Of a stretch of DNA of 32,000 bases, positions 8,317 to 16,852 are shown one piece after another; position 1 is the stretch's first letter, and every line of letters starts with the position of its first letter. A model generated the notes under the pieces. The model saw nothing but the letters and a program-made list of their open reading frames with translations. It was not told the DNA's origin and searched no databases. Both the position numbers and the translations under genes were made by a program. Source of the DNA: Cupriavidus necator (GTDB taxonomy: Bacteria; Pseudomonadota; Gammaproteobacteria; Burkholderiales; Burkholderiaceae). Location of the stretch: the NCBI RefSeq assembly GCF_016127575.1, contig NZ_CP066018.1:1440001-1472000 (forward strand), written 5' to 3'.

Positions 8317-9180
8317 ATGACAAGGCTTTCGGGCCGGCTGGCTGCGTGCATCGCGTTCGGCCTTCTGCTGGCTGCCAGTGCGCAGGCGTCGGATATAGCC
8401 TGCAAGACCACGCTGCGTCCTTCCCGCTGCGACGATCCGCTCGCCGCCGGCACGTCCTGCCTGCATTCAGTGCCACACGCCGCCGACCTGATCTGCGATC
8501 ACGCGATGCTCCATCGCGAACATGAGCGCATCCACGCGGACCAGCAGCGCCGGCTACGCGCCGGCGCGATTCAAGGAAGCGACATCGCCGCCTGGCGGGA
8601 GCGCCGGGACGCCTGCACGTCGGTGGCATGCCTGGACCGGGTCTTTGCCAGCTGGCGGCGGCAGCCAGGCAAGAAACCACCGCGGGCTGCCGCGCCGCAA
8701 CCAACGCCGCCGGCGGCGCGGGCGCGGGAGGTGTCGAGGAACAAGCAGGCTGCGGTCAGGGTCGAGGCCTCGCGGCCAGCGGTCGCGCCACCTTCAGCGA
8801 CGCCAGCGACTCAACCAGCAGCGGAGCAGCTTCCAGCTCCACCACCGTCAGAGCCATTGGCAGAAGCGGGGATTCATGCGCCCCCTGTGGTGATCCAAAG
8901 AGCCTCCGGCCCGACGCTCCAGCAAGCTTCAATTCGTCCGACGCCGGCGCCGCAACCACGCGGCTGGGCATCGCTGGGCACGCTGGCGTGGCTGGGCATG
9001 TGCGGCGCGGGCGTCGCCTGCTGGTCCCGGCGTACGCGCGGCGAGTGGCTGCCGGGGGTCACCCGCCTGCGCGAGCGGACTCGGGATGCGCCGCCCATCG
9101 TGCTGTTGGTGAGCGGACTGCTCGCTTTGAACGGGGTACTGCTGTTGTGCGTCCTGACGGCGAGCCGGCCATTGTCGTGA
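8317..9180 (+). CDS. Hypothetical secreted/membrane-anchored protein (Cys-containing N-domain, Pro/Ala-rich linker, C-terminal TM helices)
   Basis: I moved the start to the ATG at 8317, giving MTRLSGRLAACIAFGLLLAASAQA-SD, a signal peptide with an AQA cleavage site. The Pro/Ala-rich middle reads PPRAAAPQPTPPAARA...PAPPPSEP. There are two hydrophobic C-terminal segments (LGTLAWLGMCGAGVACW and IVLLVSGLLALNGVLLLCVL). I recognised no family. Confidence 0.55.
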   Translation: MTRLSGRLAACIAFGLLLAASAQASDIACKTTLRPSRCDDPLAAGTSCLHSVPHAADLICDHAMLHREHERIHADQQRRLRAGAIQGSDIAAWRERRDACTSVACLDRVFASWRRQPGKKPPRAAAPQPTPPAARAREVSRNKQAAVRVEASRPAVAPPSATPATQPAAEQLPAPPPSEPLAEAGIHAPPVVIQRASGPTLQQASIRPTPAPQPRGWASLGTLAWLGMCGAGVACWSRRTRGEWLPGVTRLRERTRDAPPIVLLVSGLLALNGVLLLCVLTASRPLS

Positions 9181-9182
9181 GC

Positions 9183-9734
9183 TCATGCCGTTGCGCCGTC
9201 CCATGCAGGCGCGGGCGCAGTCTTGCACCAGCAAAGCAGGATGCTCGCCGCCAGGCGCAGGCCGCTGAATGGATGCATCAGGCAATGCCGCACCTGCTCG
9301 CTGCGGCTTTCGCCGTACAGGCACCACATGCAGAAGTGCTCGCAGTTGTTGGTCAGCAGGCGGTAGCAGTCCTCGCCCAACCGTGAGCGGGCGCGGCCGA
9401 CGGATTCAGCGGCACTGTACCGCGCCATGGGCGTGCTCAACACCGTGATGCCATGGCCGGCAGCAAAGGCGGCCAGGCTCAGTTCTTCCACCGGGCCGCG
9501 CTGCTGCCGGTGGCAATAGCCAGCGTAGTGCACCACCATGCCACGCCCGACGTAGATGCCGTGGTGTGCATAGCCATGACGCGGCGTGACCAGGTGTGCG
9601 CCGAGGTGCGGCTCTGCATCGGCGGCGAGGCGCGATGCCAGTACGTGCGGGCTGCGGGTGGCCTGCGCCGTTGTCTTCGTCGTTTCACCGAGGGATGCCA
9701 TCACCGTCTCCATTGCAGGCCTCTGCCGGGCCAT
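9183..9734 (-). CDS. LRAT / NlpC-P60 superfamily (lecithin retinol acyltransferase-like) protein
   Basis: H-box GYAHHGIYVGRGMVVHYAG and the catalytic Cys motif LLTNNCEHFCMWCLYG are present. A hydrophobic C-terminal tail reads LRLAASILLCW. The start is ambiguous (M1 9734, M8 9713 or M12 9701). Confidence 0.75.
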   Translation of the reverse strand: MARQRPAMETVMASLGETTKTTAQATRSPHVLASRLAADAEPHLGAHLVTPRHGYAHHGIYVGRGMVVHYAGYCHRQQRGPVEELSLAAFAAGHGITVLSTPMARYSAAESVGRARSRLGEDCYRLLTNNCEHFCMWCLYGESRSEQVRHCLMHPFSGLRLAASILLCWCKTAPAPAWDGATA

Positions 9735-9878
9735 GCCCTATGACCGCATAGGGCGTGCCAGTGACGGATGAGATCGGCGCCTGGTGGTGCGGGCGTTGCG
9801 TGAAGGGGTGCGAAGAGAAGGATGCGAGACACGGCCCGATGCAGAGCGGCCGCGCATCGCAGAAACAGGGCCCGGCCG

Positions 9879-9898
9879 GTTTGATCAAATGATCAAAC
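9879..9898. promoter_or_regulatory. 20-bp palindrome GTTTGATCA-AA-TGATCAAAC, part of a GATCAA repeat cluster
   Basis: A perfect 9-2-9 inverted repeat, whose 2-nt centre argues for a protein site rather than a hairpin. Exact GATCAA copies lie at 9883, 9891, 9914 and 9923, with CATCAA at 9931. The cluster sits between the MazG-like gene and the LRAT-like gene. Confidence 0.35.
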
Positions 9899-9936
9899 TC
9901 CGAGCACCGCCACGATCAATTGGATCAAAGCATCAA

Positions 9937-9964
9937 GCCGCCGGCAAGGCATCGCGACGGCGGC
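9937..9964 (-). terminator. Possible terminator hairpin after the MazG-like gene
   Basis: GCCGCCG (9937-9943) pairs with CGGCGGC (9958-9964) across a 14-nt loop, 22 nt past the stop at 9986. On the minus strand it is followed by TTGATGCTTTGATCC, which is only moderately T-rich. Confidence 0.3.
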
Positions 9965-9985
9965 GACAAACCTGCGCCGGGCGGC

Positions 9986-10309
9986 TCATTCCGGCAGCGG
10001 GTACTTCCTGGCGTTCATCTCCATCTTGGCGCGGATCGCCGCGTCCAGGTCCACGCCCAGCGCCGTCACCAGCTGCGCCAGGTAGATAGTGATATCGGCA
10101 AGCTCCTGCTCCACATGCTCGCGCTCGTCGGTGGACATGATGGCGCGCGATTCCGCGTCGGTCTGCCACTGGAAGATCTCGACCAGCTCGGACACCTCCA
10201 CGCTCAGCGCCATCGCGAGGTTCTTGGGGCTGTGGTACTTGCCCCAGTTACGGGCCTTGCCGAAGTCTTGGGCGGCTTGCTGGAGGTTCTTGATGTCGAT
10301 CAGGGGCAT
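9986..10309 (-). CDS. MazG-like nucleotide pyrophosphohydrolase (small all-alpha NTP-PPase)
   Basis: Start moved to the ATG at 10309. The product MPLIDIKNLQQAAQDFGKARNWGKYHSPKNLAMALSVEVSELVEIFQW...EQELADITIYL matches the MazG-type EXXE/EXXD helices. The upstream 22 codons of the ORF track look non-coding. Confidence 0.8.
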   Translation of the reverse strand: MPLIDIKNLQQAAQDFGKARNWGKYHSPKNLAMALSVEVSELVEIFQWQTDAESRAIMSTDEREHVEQELADITIYLAQLVTALGVDLDAAIRAKMEMNARKYPLPE

Positions 10310-10454
10310 GATGGTGTGACGAAAGCGGTTCACTGCGCCCCGGCATGCGCCGGCGCAAGACGCAGATTTAATCACGACCCGGCCGTCCTCGACACCCGGG
10401 CCGCCTGAGGCTTACCCTTCGCTTGTGCATCCACCGTCTCAACGGAGGTTCCCC

Positions 10455-11114
10455 ATGCGCCCGACTCCCGGCCTGGCAATTGCCACTCTCGCCGGCACGC
10501 TCGCCTACCTGGCCATCGCGATTGCAGGCTGGGGTGGCATCGCCCCCTTCTTCGCGCACCCGGCGCGCGTGGCCCTGACCCTGGTCCTGTTCGCCCTATC
10601 CATCGCCGCGCTCTTCTCCGGCGGCAATATCAGCAGCGGCATGCGCGAGGACCGCGGCAACCGGTGGGTGCTGGCAGTGTTTGGCGTGCTCGGGCTGCTG
10701 GCGGCGTACCTGCCGCCCTTTACCGACCGCATCGGCTTCTGGACGCTCGATGGCGACACCATGCGCTGGACCGGCGTGGCGCTGTTTGCCGGCGGCGGCG
10801 TGCTGCGGCTGTGGCCGGTGTTTGTGCTGGGGCGGCGCTTCAGCGGGCTGGTGGCGATCCAGCCCGGGCACACGCTGGTGACCACCGGCATCTATGGCGT
10901 GATCCGGCATCCGAGCTACCTCGGCTTCCTGGTCAGTTCGCTGGGATGGGTACTGGCATTCCGCTCCGGCGTGGGCGTGGTGCTGACGCTGCTGATGGTG
11001 CCGGTGCTGGTGGCGCGCATCCGGGCGGAAGAAGCGCTGTTGCGCGACCAGTTTGGCGACGAGTACGCGTCGTACTGCGACCGGACCTGGCGCATGCTGC
11101 CGGGCATCTACTGA
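10455..11114 (+). CDS. Isoprenylcysteine carboxyl methyltransferase (ICMT)/phospholipid methyltransferase-family membrane protein
   Basis: ATG at 10455 preceded by GGAGG (10444-10448). It is a multi-TM protein with the C-terminal signature LVTTGIYGVIRHPSYLGFLVSSLGW...EEALL...FGDEY. Confidence 0.8.
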   Translation: MRPTPGLAIATLAGTLAYLAIAIAGWGGIAPFFAHPARVALTLVLFALSIAALFSGGNISSGMREDRGNRWVLAVFGVLGLLAAYLPPFTDRIGFWTLDGDTMRWTGVALFAGGGVLRLWPVFVLGRRFSGLVAIQPGHTLVTTGIYGVIRHPSYLGFLVSSLGWVLAFRSGVGVVLTLLMVPVLVARIRAEEALLRDQFGDEYASYCDRTWRMLPGIY

Positions 11115-11186
11115 GCACGGGGCAGCGGCGCCCCGCGCACTTGGCGGATCAAATCGCCAGCCACCAAGGGTTATCCCTAGTCATTC

Positions 11187-11227
11187 ATTCCCATTTTCCG
11201 GGACTCAAGGTTTTGATTTATGGGAAT
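11187..11227. promoter_or_regulatory. Inverted repeat ATTCCCAT ... ATGGGAAT upstream of the iclR-type gene
   Basis: ATTCCCAT (11187-11194) and ATGGGAAT (11220-11227) flank a 25-nt AT-richer spacer 22 nt upstream of the ATG at 11249. It could be an operator or a stem-loop. Confidence 0.3.
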
Positions 11228-11248
11228 CAGGTCCTATTCTTGGGCCCT

Positions 11249-12043
11249 ATGTTGAATGCCGTCGACAACCCCACTGCCGTGAAGCCCACGACACCCACGC
11301 CTGCCGAACCCGCCCAGCCCGCGGGCGGTGCCGATCGCGTGCTGTTCGTGCTGGCGGCACTGGCGCAACACGGCGCGCCGATCACGGTACGCGAGCTGGT
11401 TGCCAAAACCGGCCTGCCCAAGAGCACGCTCTACCGGCAACTGATGATGCTCAAGCGCTGGGGCTTCGTGCTGGAGTCCGACGGCGAATACGCGCCGGGC
11501 CCGATCAGCCTGCAACTGGCGCTCGGCTTTGACATGGCCTCGCACCTGGCGCGCGAAGCCTTGCCCGACATGCAGCTGCTGGCGCAGCAGTCCGATGAAA
11601 GCGTAGGCCTGGTCGTCGCCGTCAAGGATCACGTGGTGTGCCTGGAGATGGTGGAGAGCCGCCAGTCGCTGCGCTGCTCGTTCGAGAAGGGCCGCGGCGT
11701 ACCGCTGCGCGCCGGTGCGTCGGCCAAGTCGCTGCTGGCGTTCATGCGCGACGAAGCGCGCGAGCGCCTGGTCCGGGCCCAGTGCGAGCCAGGCGAAGCC
11801 GAACGGCTGCTGGCCGAGCTGGCCGCCATTCGCGAGACCGGCTACGCCGTCAGCGAGGGCGAGGTGGATCCGGGCGTGTGGGGCGTGAGCGCGCCGCTGT
11901 TCTCGCGGCGCAGCAAGGCCGATGCGCTGGGCTCGATCACGCTGATGGTGCCGGCCACGCGGCGGCAAGGGCGCGAGTCCGCGCTGATCGACATGACCGT
12001 GGCAGCGGCGATGCGGATTTCCGCGCGGCTGCAGTCTTACTGA
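11249..12043 (+). CDS. IclR-family transcriptional regulator
   Basis: I trimmed the 459-aa track ORF to the ATG at 11249 (264 aa). The HTH region is RVLFVLAALAQHGAPITVRELVAKTGLPKSTLYRQLMMLKRWGFV, followed by an IclR effector domain (GVWGVSAPLF). The upstream part of the track ORF overlaps the ICMT gene out of frame. Confidence 0.85.
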   Translation: MLNAVDNPTAVKPTTPTPAEPAQPAGGADRVLFVLAALAQHGAPITVRELVAKTGLPKSTLYRQLMMLKRWGFVLESDGEYAPGPISLQLALGFDMASHLAREALPDMQLLAQQSDESVGLVVAVKDHVVCLEMVESRQSLRCSFEKGRGVPLRAGASAKSLLAFMRDEARERLVRAQCEPGEAERLLAELAAIRETGYAVSEGEVDPGVWGVSAPLFSRRSKADALGSITLMVPATRRQGRESALIDMTVAAAMRISARLQSY

Positions 12044-12123
12044 ATACCAAGCAATTCGTTACCGCCGCCGTCGGCAAACCCATGCGACGGCAGATCCCTC
12101 GTTCCCGAGAATAGGAGACTTCC

Positions 12124-12879
12124 ATGAACCTTCGTCGCAAATGCCTGATGGCCGGCCTGGCAACCCTGACCGCCCTGACCCTCGGCACCGCCGCGCAAGC
12201 GCAGGACAATGCCGTGCTGCGCGTGGCCACCGACGCCACCTTCCCGCCGATGGAATTTATCGAGAACGGCAAGCGCACCGGCTTTGACGTGGAGCTGGTG
12301 GAAGCCATGGCCAAGACGATGGGCAAGCGGGTTGAGTGGACCGACATTGACTTCAAGGGCCTGATCCCCGGGCTGGTCTCGCGCCGCTTTGACATGGCAG
12401 TTTCCGGCATCTACATCACACCCGAGCGCCGCAAGGTGGTGGACTTCACCGAGCCGTACTACGTCGGCGGCCTGGTGGCACTGGTCAAGAGCGGCAACAC
12501 CACCGTCCACGCCCCGGCCGACCTGAACGGCAAGAAGGTCAGCGTGCAGGTGGGCACCAAGTCGGTCAGCTTCCTGCGCGACACGTACCCGCAGGTGCAG
12601 CGTGTGGAAGTCGAGAAGAACCAGGAAATGTTCAACCTGGTCGAGATCGGCCGCGCCGATGCCGCCGTGACCGGCAAGCCGGCCGCGATGCAGTACGTCA
12701 AGACCCGCGGCGGCCTGCGCATGGTGGAGCAGCAGCTGACCACCGAGGAATACGGCATGGCCGTGCGCAAGGACACGCCCGAGCTGACCCGCGCCCTCAA
12801 TGCGGCACTCGCCAAGGTGAAGGCCGATGGCACCTACGCCAGGCTGACCCAGAAATGGTTCGGCACGGCCGCCAAGTAA
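12124..12879 (+). CDS. Polar amino-acid ABC transporter substrate-binding protein (family 3)
   Basis: AGGAGA RBS and signal peptide MNLRRKCLMAGLATLTALTLGTAAQA. The body is typical: ATDATFPPMEF...GFDVEL...FDMAVSGIYITPERRKVVDFTEPYY. Confidence 0.9.
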   Translation: MNLRRKCLMAGLATLTALTLGTAAQAQDNAVLRVATDATFPPMEFIENGKRTGFDVELVEAMAKTMGKRVEWTDIDFKGLIPGLVSRRFDMAVSGIYITPERRKVVDFTEPYYVGGLVALVKSGNTTVHAPADLNGKKVSVQVGTKSVSFLRDTYPQVQRVEVEKNQEMFNLVEIGRADAAVTGKPAAMQYVKTRGGLRMVEQQLTTEEYGMAVRKDTPELTRALNAALAKVKADGTYARLTQKWFGTAAK

Positions 12880-12897
12880 GCCGCGCGGATCATCATC

Positions 12898-13566
12898 ATG
12901 GAATTGGATTTTTCTCCTGTCTTTGCCGGCTGGCATGACATTGTCCACGGCGCCGTCATCACCGTGGAGGTGACGGCCTGCGCGCTGGTGCTGGGCTGCG
13001 TCATGGGCCTCTTGGTCGGCATCGGCCGGCTGGACCCGAAGCGCCGCGTCATCTACAGCATCTGCACCGCCTACGTGACCTTCATCCGCGGCACGCCGCT
13101 GCTGGTGCAGCTGTTCCTGCTGTTCTTCGGGCTGCCGCAGTTCAACATCCTGCTGCCGGCCTTTGTGTGCGGCGTGATCGGGCTGGGCATCTATTCCGGC
13201 GCCTATGTCTCGGAAATCGTGCGCGGCGCGATCCAGTCCGTGGACAAGGGCCAGATGGAAGCCGCGCGCTCGATCGGCATGTCGTCCGGCCAGGCCATGC
13301 GCGCGGTGATCCTGCCGCAGGCCATCGTGCGCATGATTCCGCCGCTGGGCAACGAGTTCATCGCCCTCATCAAGAACTCGGCGCTGGTGTCGCTGCTGAC
13401 CATTGCCGACCTGATGCATGAGGGCCAGAAGATCATCAGCGTGTCGTACCGGTCGCTGGAAGTCTATCTGGCGATCGCGCTGGTTTATCTGATCCTGACG
13501 AGCGCGGCCGGGCTGATCCTGCGGCGCGCCGAACAACGGCTGCGCATGGGAGGCATGGTGCAATGA
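12898..13566 (+). CDS. Amino-acid ABC transporter permease (His/Glu/Gln/Arg/opine family)
   Basis: 222-aa membrane protein. It carries the EAA-type loop [38 protein letters not shown]. Confidence 0.9.
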   Translation: MELDFSPVFAGWHDIVHGAVITVEVTACALVLGCVMGLLVGIGRLDPKRRVIYSICTAYVTFIRGTPLLVQLFLLFFGLPQFNILLPAFVCGVIGLGIYSGAYVSEIVRGAIQSVDKGQMEAARSIGMSSGQAMRAVILPQAIVRMIPPLGNEFIALIKNSALVSLLTIADLMHEGQKIISVSYRSLEVYLAIALVYLILTSAAGLILRRAEQRLRMGGMVQ

Positions 13567-14324
13567 GCGATTCCGCAATCATCCGGATCCGGAACCTGGG
13601 CAAATCGTTCGGCAGCCATACCGTCCTGCGCGGCATCGACTTCGATGTGGAGCCGTCGCAGGTCGTGGTCGTGATCGGCCCCAGTGGCTCGGGCAAGAGC
13701 ACCTTCCTGCGCTGCTGCAACGGCCTGGAACAACCCGAGGCCGGCACCATCGACATCGTCGGCAAGCGCCTGGTGACCGACGGCCAGCTGATCGGCGAGC
13801 ACGAGCTGAACCAGCTGCGCACCGAAGTGGGCATGGTGTTCCAGTCGTTCAACCTGTTCCCGCACCTGTCGGTGCTGCACAACGTCACGGTCGGTCCCCG
13901 CATGCTGCGCGGCGCCTCGCGCGAGGAAGCCGAGCGCAAGGCGATGGGCCTGCTTGAGAAAGTCGGCCTTGCGCACAAGGCCCACGCCATGCCCGCCAGC
14001 CTGTCGGGCGGCCAGAAGCAGCGCGTGGCCATTGCCCGCGCACTGGCCATGGAACCGCGCGTGATGCTGTTCGACGAGCCGACCTCCGCGCTGGACCCCG
14101 AGCTGGTGGGCGAAGTGCTGCAGGTGATGAAGGTGCTGGCCGCCGAAGGCATGACCATGGTCGTGGTCACCCATGAAATGGGCTTCGCCCGCGAAGTGGC
14201 CGATGTGGTGGTGGTCATGGATGGCGGCGGCATCATCGAGGCCGGGCCGCCGTCGGTCATCTTCTCGGCGCCGACGCAGGAACGCACGCGCGGCTTCCTG
14301 CAGGCCGTGCTGACGCGGGCATGA
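13563..14324 (+). CDS. Amino-acid ABC transporter ATP-binding protein
   Basis: Walker [11 protein letters not shown]-loop, signature [15 protein letters not shown], Walker [12 protein letters not shown] and H-loop [10 protein letters not shown]. An ATGA start/stop overlap links it to the permease gene. Confidence 0.93.
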
Positions 14325-15271
14325 CGATGGCTCTGACCCAGAACCTCTGGCAGGGCCGTGTCGACGACGGCGAGCGTGGCGACACCACGCGCCTGTTCCG
14401 CATCGTGCACGTGCTGGAAGCAGCGGACGTGACACCGCTCGACGGCGCACCGGTGTTGCTCGGCTTCAATTGCGACGCGGGCGTGCTGCGCAACCAGGGC
14501 CGTCCCGGTGCCGCGCACGGCCCCGACGCCATCCGCCAGGCACTGGCCAACGTGCCGGCGCACGGGCTGCCCGCGCTATATGACGCCGGCAATGTCAGCT
14601 GTGACGACGGCGACCTGGAATCAGCCCAGCTGGCGCTGGCGGGCACCGTGCGCGACGTGCTGGCGCGCGGCGGGCTGCCGCTGGTGCTGGGCGGCGGCCA
14701 TGAAGTGGCCTGGGGCACGTGGCAAGGCCTGCGCGCGCACCTGGATGCGCAGGACGATGGCGGGCGCGTGCTCATCATCAATATCGATGCCCACTTTGAC
14801 TTGCGCACCAGCCGGCCCGCAAGCTCCGGCACGCCGTTCGACCAGATCGCCAACGCCTGCGCCGAGCGCGGGCAGCCGTTCGACTATGTCTGCCTGGGCG
14901 TCAGCCGCCTCAGCAACACGCCGGCGCTGTTCAGCCGCGCGGATGCGCTGGGCGTCTGCTACGTGGAAGACGTGGACATGCAGGAGCGGCACCTGGAATC
15001 GCGCCTGGCCGAACTGGCGGCGCGCATCGATGCCACCGACCACCTGTACCTGACCATCGACCTCGACGCGCTGCCGGCGGCCGTGATGCCGGCCGTGTCT
15101 GCGCCCGCGGCCTGTGGCGTGCCGTTGACGGTGGTGGAGGAAATCGCCATGCTTGCCCGCCACAGCGGCAAGCTGCGCGTGGCCGACCTGGCGGAATACA
15201 ACCCGCAATACGACCGCGACCACCAGGGCGCGCGCGTGGCAGCGCGGTTGGCCTGGCGCCTGTTCGGCTGA
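14321..15271 (+). CDS. Arginase-fold ureohydrolase, formimidoylglutamase-like
   Basis: The N-terminal LWQGRVDD resembles HutG-type formiminoglutamases. Metal-ligand motifs [19 protein letters not shown] and LTIDLDAL are present. An ATGA overlap links it to the ABC ATPase gene. Confidence 0.8.
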
Positions 15272-15335
15272 CAGGCAAGTCACCCCCAGCCGCCCGGCGG
15301 TTGGCACCAGCCGCGCCCGGCTATAGTATTGCCCT

Positions 15336-15351
15336 TCGCTATATTTAGCGA
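15336..15351. promoter_or_regulatory. Palindrome TCGCTA-TATT-TAGCGA in the AT-rich hss upstream region
   Basis: A 6-4-6 inverted repeat about 105 nt upstream of the hss GTG, within the only AT-rich patch (15321-15375) of the 186-nt spacer. Confidence 0.3.
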
Positions 15352-15457
15352 TTCCGATCAGAATTGATAAAGCGAGGCGAGGGCAGTCCTGCGCCGGCGC
15401 GGCCGTCCTGCCGCGCCCCCGGGCCGCCCATCGCCGGTTACGGGCGGAAGGGTCTGC

Positions 15458-16852
15458 GTGATCGAACAAATCGTCATCGTCGGCTTTGGCTGCATCGGCC
15501 AGGCCGTGCTGCCGCTGCTGGAACGAACCTGGCCGCGGGCAGCGATTACCGTGGTGGACCGCGTGCTCGACGGCACGCGCCGGCAACTGGCCGCCCGCCA
15601 CGGGCTGGATGCCATCGACGCCACCATCACGGCCGGCAACTTTGAAGCGATGCTGGGCCCGCTGCTGCGGCCTGGCACTTTCCTGCTGAACCTGGCACCG
15701 TCCGTCTGCAGCCGCGACCTGATCGCGCTGGCGCAAGCGCACGGCGCGTTCTATGTCGATGCCGGCATCGAACCGTGGGACTATGAAGCCGACCCGCAGG
15801 CCTCGCACCTGAGCAACTACGCGCTGCGCCACGAGATGCTGGCCTTCGCCCGCGGCCGTGAGACGCAGCCGACCGCGCTGGTGGCGCACGGCGCCAACCC
15901 TGGGCTGGTCTCGGTGCTGGTCAAGGCCGCGCTGATGGAACTGGCCGGCAATATCGGCTTGAATCAGCCCGAGCCCCACGACCGCGCCGGCTGGGCTGCC
16001 CTGGCGCGCGCACTGGACTTGCGCGTGATCCAGATCGCCGAGTACGACAGCCAGCAAGCCCCCGGCTATCCGCGCGACGGCGAGTTCGCCAACACCTGGT
16101 CGGCCGAAGGCTTTATCACAGAATGCCTGCAGGACGCCGAACTCGGCTGGGGCAGCCATGAGCCCGCGCTGCCGCCCGATGGCTATCGTCACGGCTACGG
16201 CAGCGGCGCGGCAATCGCGCTGGACCGGCCAGGGCATCGCACGCGCGTGCGGTCGTGGTCGCCGGTGCATGGCCCGTTCGATGCGTACCTGATCACGCAC
16301 AACGAATCGATCTCGATCGCCGAATACCTGACCGACCAGTCTGCCGGCCAGCCGCTGCACCGCCCCACCGTCTACTATGCCTATCGCCCGACATCCGCCA
16401 CGCAGACCTCGATGCAATGGCTCGACGAACGCGCCGCCCCGCGCGTGCGCGGCGAACGCATCCTGCGCGACGAGATCCAGTGCGGCGAGGACGAACTGGG
16501 CGTACTGCTGATGAGCGGCCGCCATGGCGCGGTCTGGTACGGATCGCGCCTCTCCACCCAACGCGCGCGTTCGCTGGCGCCGTACAACACCGCCACCAGC
16601 CTGCAGGTGGCATCGAGCCTGATCGCCGGCATGCAGTGGATGCTGGCCAACCCGGCGCGCGGCGTGGTGGAATCGGATGCGCTCGACTTTCGCCCCGTGC
16701 TGGCCGATGCCGCGCACTGGTGGGCACCGCTCAGCGTGCAGTTCTCCGACTGGCTGCCGCGGCCCGGCGCCACGTCGCTCGCCTTCACCGACTTCCTGCT
16801 GGACGATGCCATGACCCAGCCCGATCCATCGCCCCTGACCATGGCCTGCTGA
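15458..16852 (+). CDS. hss: Homospermidine synthase (bacterial HSS, saccharopine-dehydrogenase-like fold)
   Basis: 464 aa with a GTG start. It has a Rossmann IVIVGFGCIGQAVLPLLER and blocks I recognise from bacterial HSS. These are NLAPSV...LIALAQAHGAFYVDAGIEPW, SNYALRHEML, ALVAHGANPGLVSVLVKAAL and NTWSAEGFITECLQDAELGWGSHE. Confidence 0.85.
   Translation: MIEQIVIVGFGCIGQAVLPLLERTWPRAAITVVDRVLDGTRRQLAARHGLDAIDATITAGNFEAMLGPLLRPGTFLLNLAPSVCSRDLIALAQAHGAFYVDAGIEPWDYEADPQASHLSNYALRHEMLAFARGRETQPTALVAHGANPGLVSVLVKAALMELAGNIGLNQPEPHDRAGWAALARALDLRVIQIAEYDSQQAPGYPRDGEFANTWSAEGFITECLQDAELGWGSHEPALPPDGYRHGYGSGAAIALDRPGHRTRVRSWSPVHGPFDAYLITHNESISIAEYLTDQSAGQPLHRPTVYYAYRPTSATQTSMQWLDERAAPRVRGERILRDEIQCGEDELGVLLMSGRHGAVWYGSRLSTQRARSLAPYNTATSLQVASSLIAGMQWMLANPARGVVESDALDFRPVLADAAHWWAPLSVQFSDWLPRPGATSLAFTDFLLDDAMTQPDPSPLTMAC

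Noticed and set aside
10664-11248. N-terminal 195 codons of the 459-aa track ORF leading into the IclR gene
   Set aside because: This part overlaps the ICMT-like gene out of frame and then crosses an obvious intergenic region. IclR homology begins only after the ATG at 11249.
12037-13578. 513-aa minus-strand ORF spanning the ABC transporter genes
   Set aside because: It is antisense to three well-supported ABC transporter genes. The translation is Arg/Ala/Gly/His/Asp/Gln-rich low-complexity sequence with no recognisable motif, which is the typical open antisense frame of high-GC DNA.
14621-16717. 698-aa minus-strand ORF
   Set aside because: It is antisense to the ureohydrolase and homospermidine synthase genes. 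The composition is Arg/Ala/Gly-dominated and no domain signatures are present. It also crosses an intergenic region that carries promoter-like sequence for hss.
16255-16851. N-terminal 199 codons of the 590-aa track ORF leading into the YgiC-like gene
   Set aside because: It overlaps the 3-prime part of hss in another frame and is Arg/Pro/Ala-rich. Collinearity with YgiC starts exactly at the ATG at 16852.
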